A DNA stretch of 32,000 bases from Desulfocapsa sulfexigens DSM 10523 (GTDB taxonomy: Bacteria; Desulfobacterota; Desulfobulbia; Desulfobulbales; Desulfocapsaceae). The first letter of the stretch is position 1; the number at the start of each line of letters is the position of its first letter. Made by a program: the position numbers and the translations under genes. This document shows, in pieces, positions 31,051 through 32,000 of the stretch. Location of the stretch: positions 60,001 through 92,000 of the forward strand of contig NC_020304.1 of NCBI RefSeq assembly GCF_000341395.1, in the 5' to 3' direction. Below the pieces are notes generated by a model. It searched no databases and was not told where the DNA came from. It saw nothing but the letters and a program-made list of their open reading frames with translations.

Positions 31051-31515
31051 ATGCAGAAAAGAAGTGCACGAATCATCATGGGGAGCACTCTGCTGCTTTC
31101 AGTCTTTGTTCTCTTTGGCTCACTTGCGCATACCATAGGCCCCTACACTGCCCGAATCAACACGGTTATTGACCAGGGAACCGGCCTGGAGTGGCAAAAA
31201 AACAGTACCGGAATACCCCACACCTGGCAGAATGCACTTCTCTACTGTGAAGATTTATCTCTTGACTCAAAAACCGACTGGCGAGTCCCCAATATCCGCG
31301 AGTTAAAATCTCTTGCTGACTACAGCAGATACTACCCAGCAATTGATCCGGTTATCCCCAGTGAGTCATCAGTCTACTGGTCAGCCACCACCGCCGTAAC
31401 ACGTTCTCCAACGAGCGCATGGACGGTCTTTTTCGGTAATGGCGATGACATTTGGGCAGATAAGAGCAAAACACACTACGTTCGTTGTGTTCGTTCTGAG
31501 TCCTCAGGTCAGTAG
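31051..31515 (+). CDS. Second, shorter exported DUF1566 domain protein
   Basis: MQKRSARIIMGSTLLLSVFVLFGSLAHT signal-like; VIDQGTGLEWQKN...WQNALLYCEDLSLDSKTDWRVPNIRELKSLADYSRYYPAIDP...VYWSATT...HYVRCVRSE. ORF track start 31000; 31051 fits a signal peptide start better. Confidence 0.78.
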   Translation: MQKRSARIIMGSTLLLSVFVLFGSLAHTIGPYTARINTVIDQGTGLEWQKNSTGIPHTWQNALLYCEDLSLDSKTDWRVPNIRELKSLADYSRYYPAIDPVIPSESSVYWSATTAVTRSPTSAWTVFFGNGDDIWADKSKTHYVRCVRSESSGQ

Positions 31516-31625
31516 TAATGCAAAGCAACAGGAGTTAACATGAGGCCGTGACAGATATCCCTGGAAACCACAGGATCAGCTTCAATACAGTCTCTTTCAG
31601 GTCAAAGGGGAGAAAACAACACTGT

Positions 31626-32000
31626 TCAATACTTCAAACCAACGCGTTCTCGTACCAGATCAAGAGTGACCATAGCCTTTTCCCTTGCTCGAATTGCACC
31701 TTTTCGTAAAACAGTTCGAATCATTTCTGGATCAGCCATGTATTCTGCTTTTTTCTGACGAGCCTCAGCATAATAGTCACTAATCAGCTCGAGAAGTTCG
31801 AGCTTTAAATACCCATAGGCCGCACCACCATTAACATACAGATTTCTTATTTCCTGGAGACGCTCGGGTGTTGCAAAGAGTTTAAACAGAGCAAAAAGAT
31901 TACACTGGTCAGGATCTTTTGGATCCTCCACGGGAATTGCGTCGGTTGCGATCGCCATCACTTTTTTCTTCAGCTGCTTGCCTTCAAGAAAAATAGGGAT
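31626..32000 (-). CDS. trpS: Tryptophanyl-tRNA synthetase, C-terminal part, 5' end beyond window edge
   Basis: Translation open from 32000: ...PIFLEGKQLKKKVMAIATDAIPVEDPKDPDQCNLFALFKLFATPERLQEIRNLYVNGGAAYGYLKLELLELISDYYAEARQKKAEYMADPEMIRTVLRKGAIRAREKAMVTLDLVRERVGLKY*. Confidence 0.88.
   Translation of the reverse strand: MPIFLEGKQLKKKVMAIATDAIPVEDPKDPDQCNLFALFKLFATPERLQEIRNLYVNGGAAYGYLKLELLELISDYYAEARQKKAEYMADPEMIRTVLRKGAIRAREKAMVTLDLVRERVGLKY

Noticed and set aside
30306-31515. Possible diversity-generating retroelement target pair (DUF1566)
   Set aside because: No reverse transcriptase, template repeat or adenine-biased pattern is visible in the window; kept only as a low-interest check.

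Overview
The window is an ordinary-looking chromosomal segment. Protein styles suggest a Desulfobulbales-like deltaproteobacterium; this is inference, with no marker gene checked. I see no rRNA, tRNA, CRISPR array, phage or transposase. Left to right, the minus strand carries a toprim/zinc-finger primase-like gene (cut by the left edge) overlapped 11 nt by a 1127-aa HEAT-like/cNMP-binding/PilZ protein, then maf. The plus strand carries a stand-alone cNMP-binding protein, a variant metallophosphoesterase and a ParB-like/AsnC-ligand-domain fusion. Next are a DUF362 gene (-) and a three-gene plus-strand signalling cluster (PAS/GAF histidine kinase; REC-DUF4388-Roadblock-like; Roadblock-like). These are followed on the minus strand by a haem/HAMP membrane sensor, serA and a radical SAM/DUF4080 gene that needs a -1 frameshift at a canonical U_UUU_UUA heptamer. 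The plus strand then has a large M1 peptidase-ChaN-PDZ fusion. The minus strand has a small acidic ORF, yaaA, folP, ftsH, carB and carA. The window ends with a secreted cyclophilin-FKBP fusion and two DUF1566 proteins (+), and the trpS 3' end (-). The strongest leads are the in-phase slippery-site frameshift, the HK/REC-DUF4388/Roadblock cluster, the HEAT-cNMP-PilZ/primase-like overlapping pair, the ParB-like/AsnC fusion and the M1-ChaN-PDZ fusion. I find no clear evidence for a wholly new system. All domain calls are from reading motifs, not from database searches.
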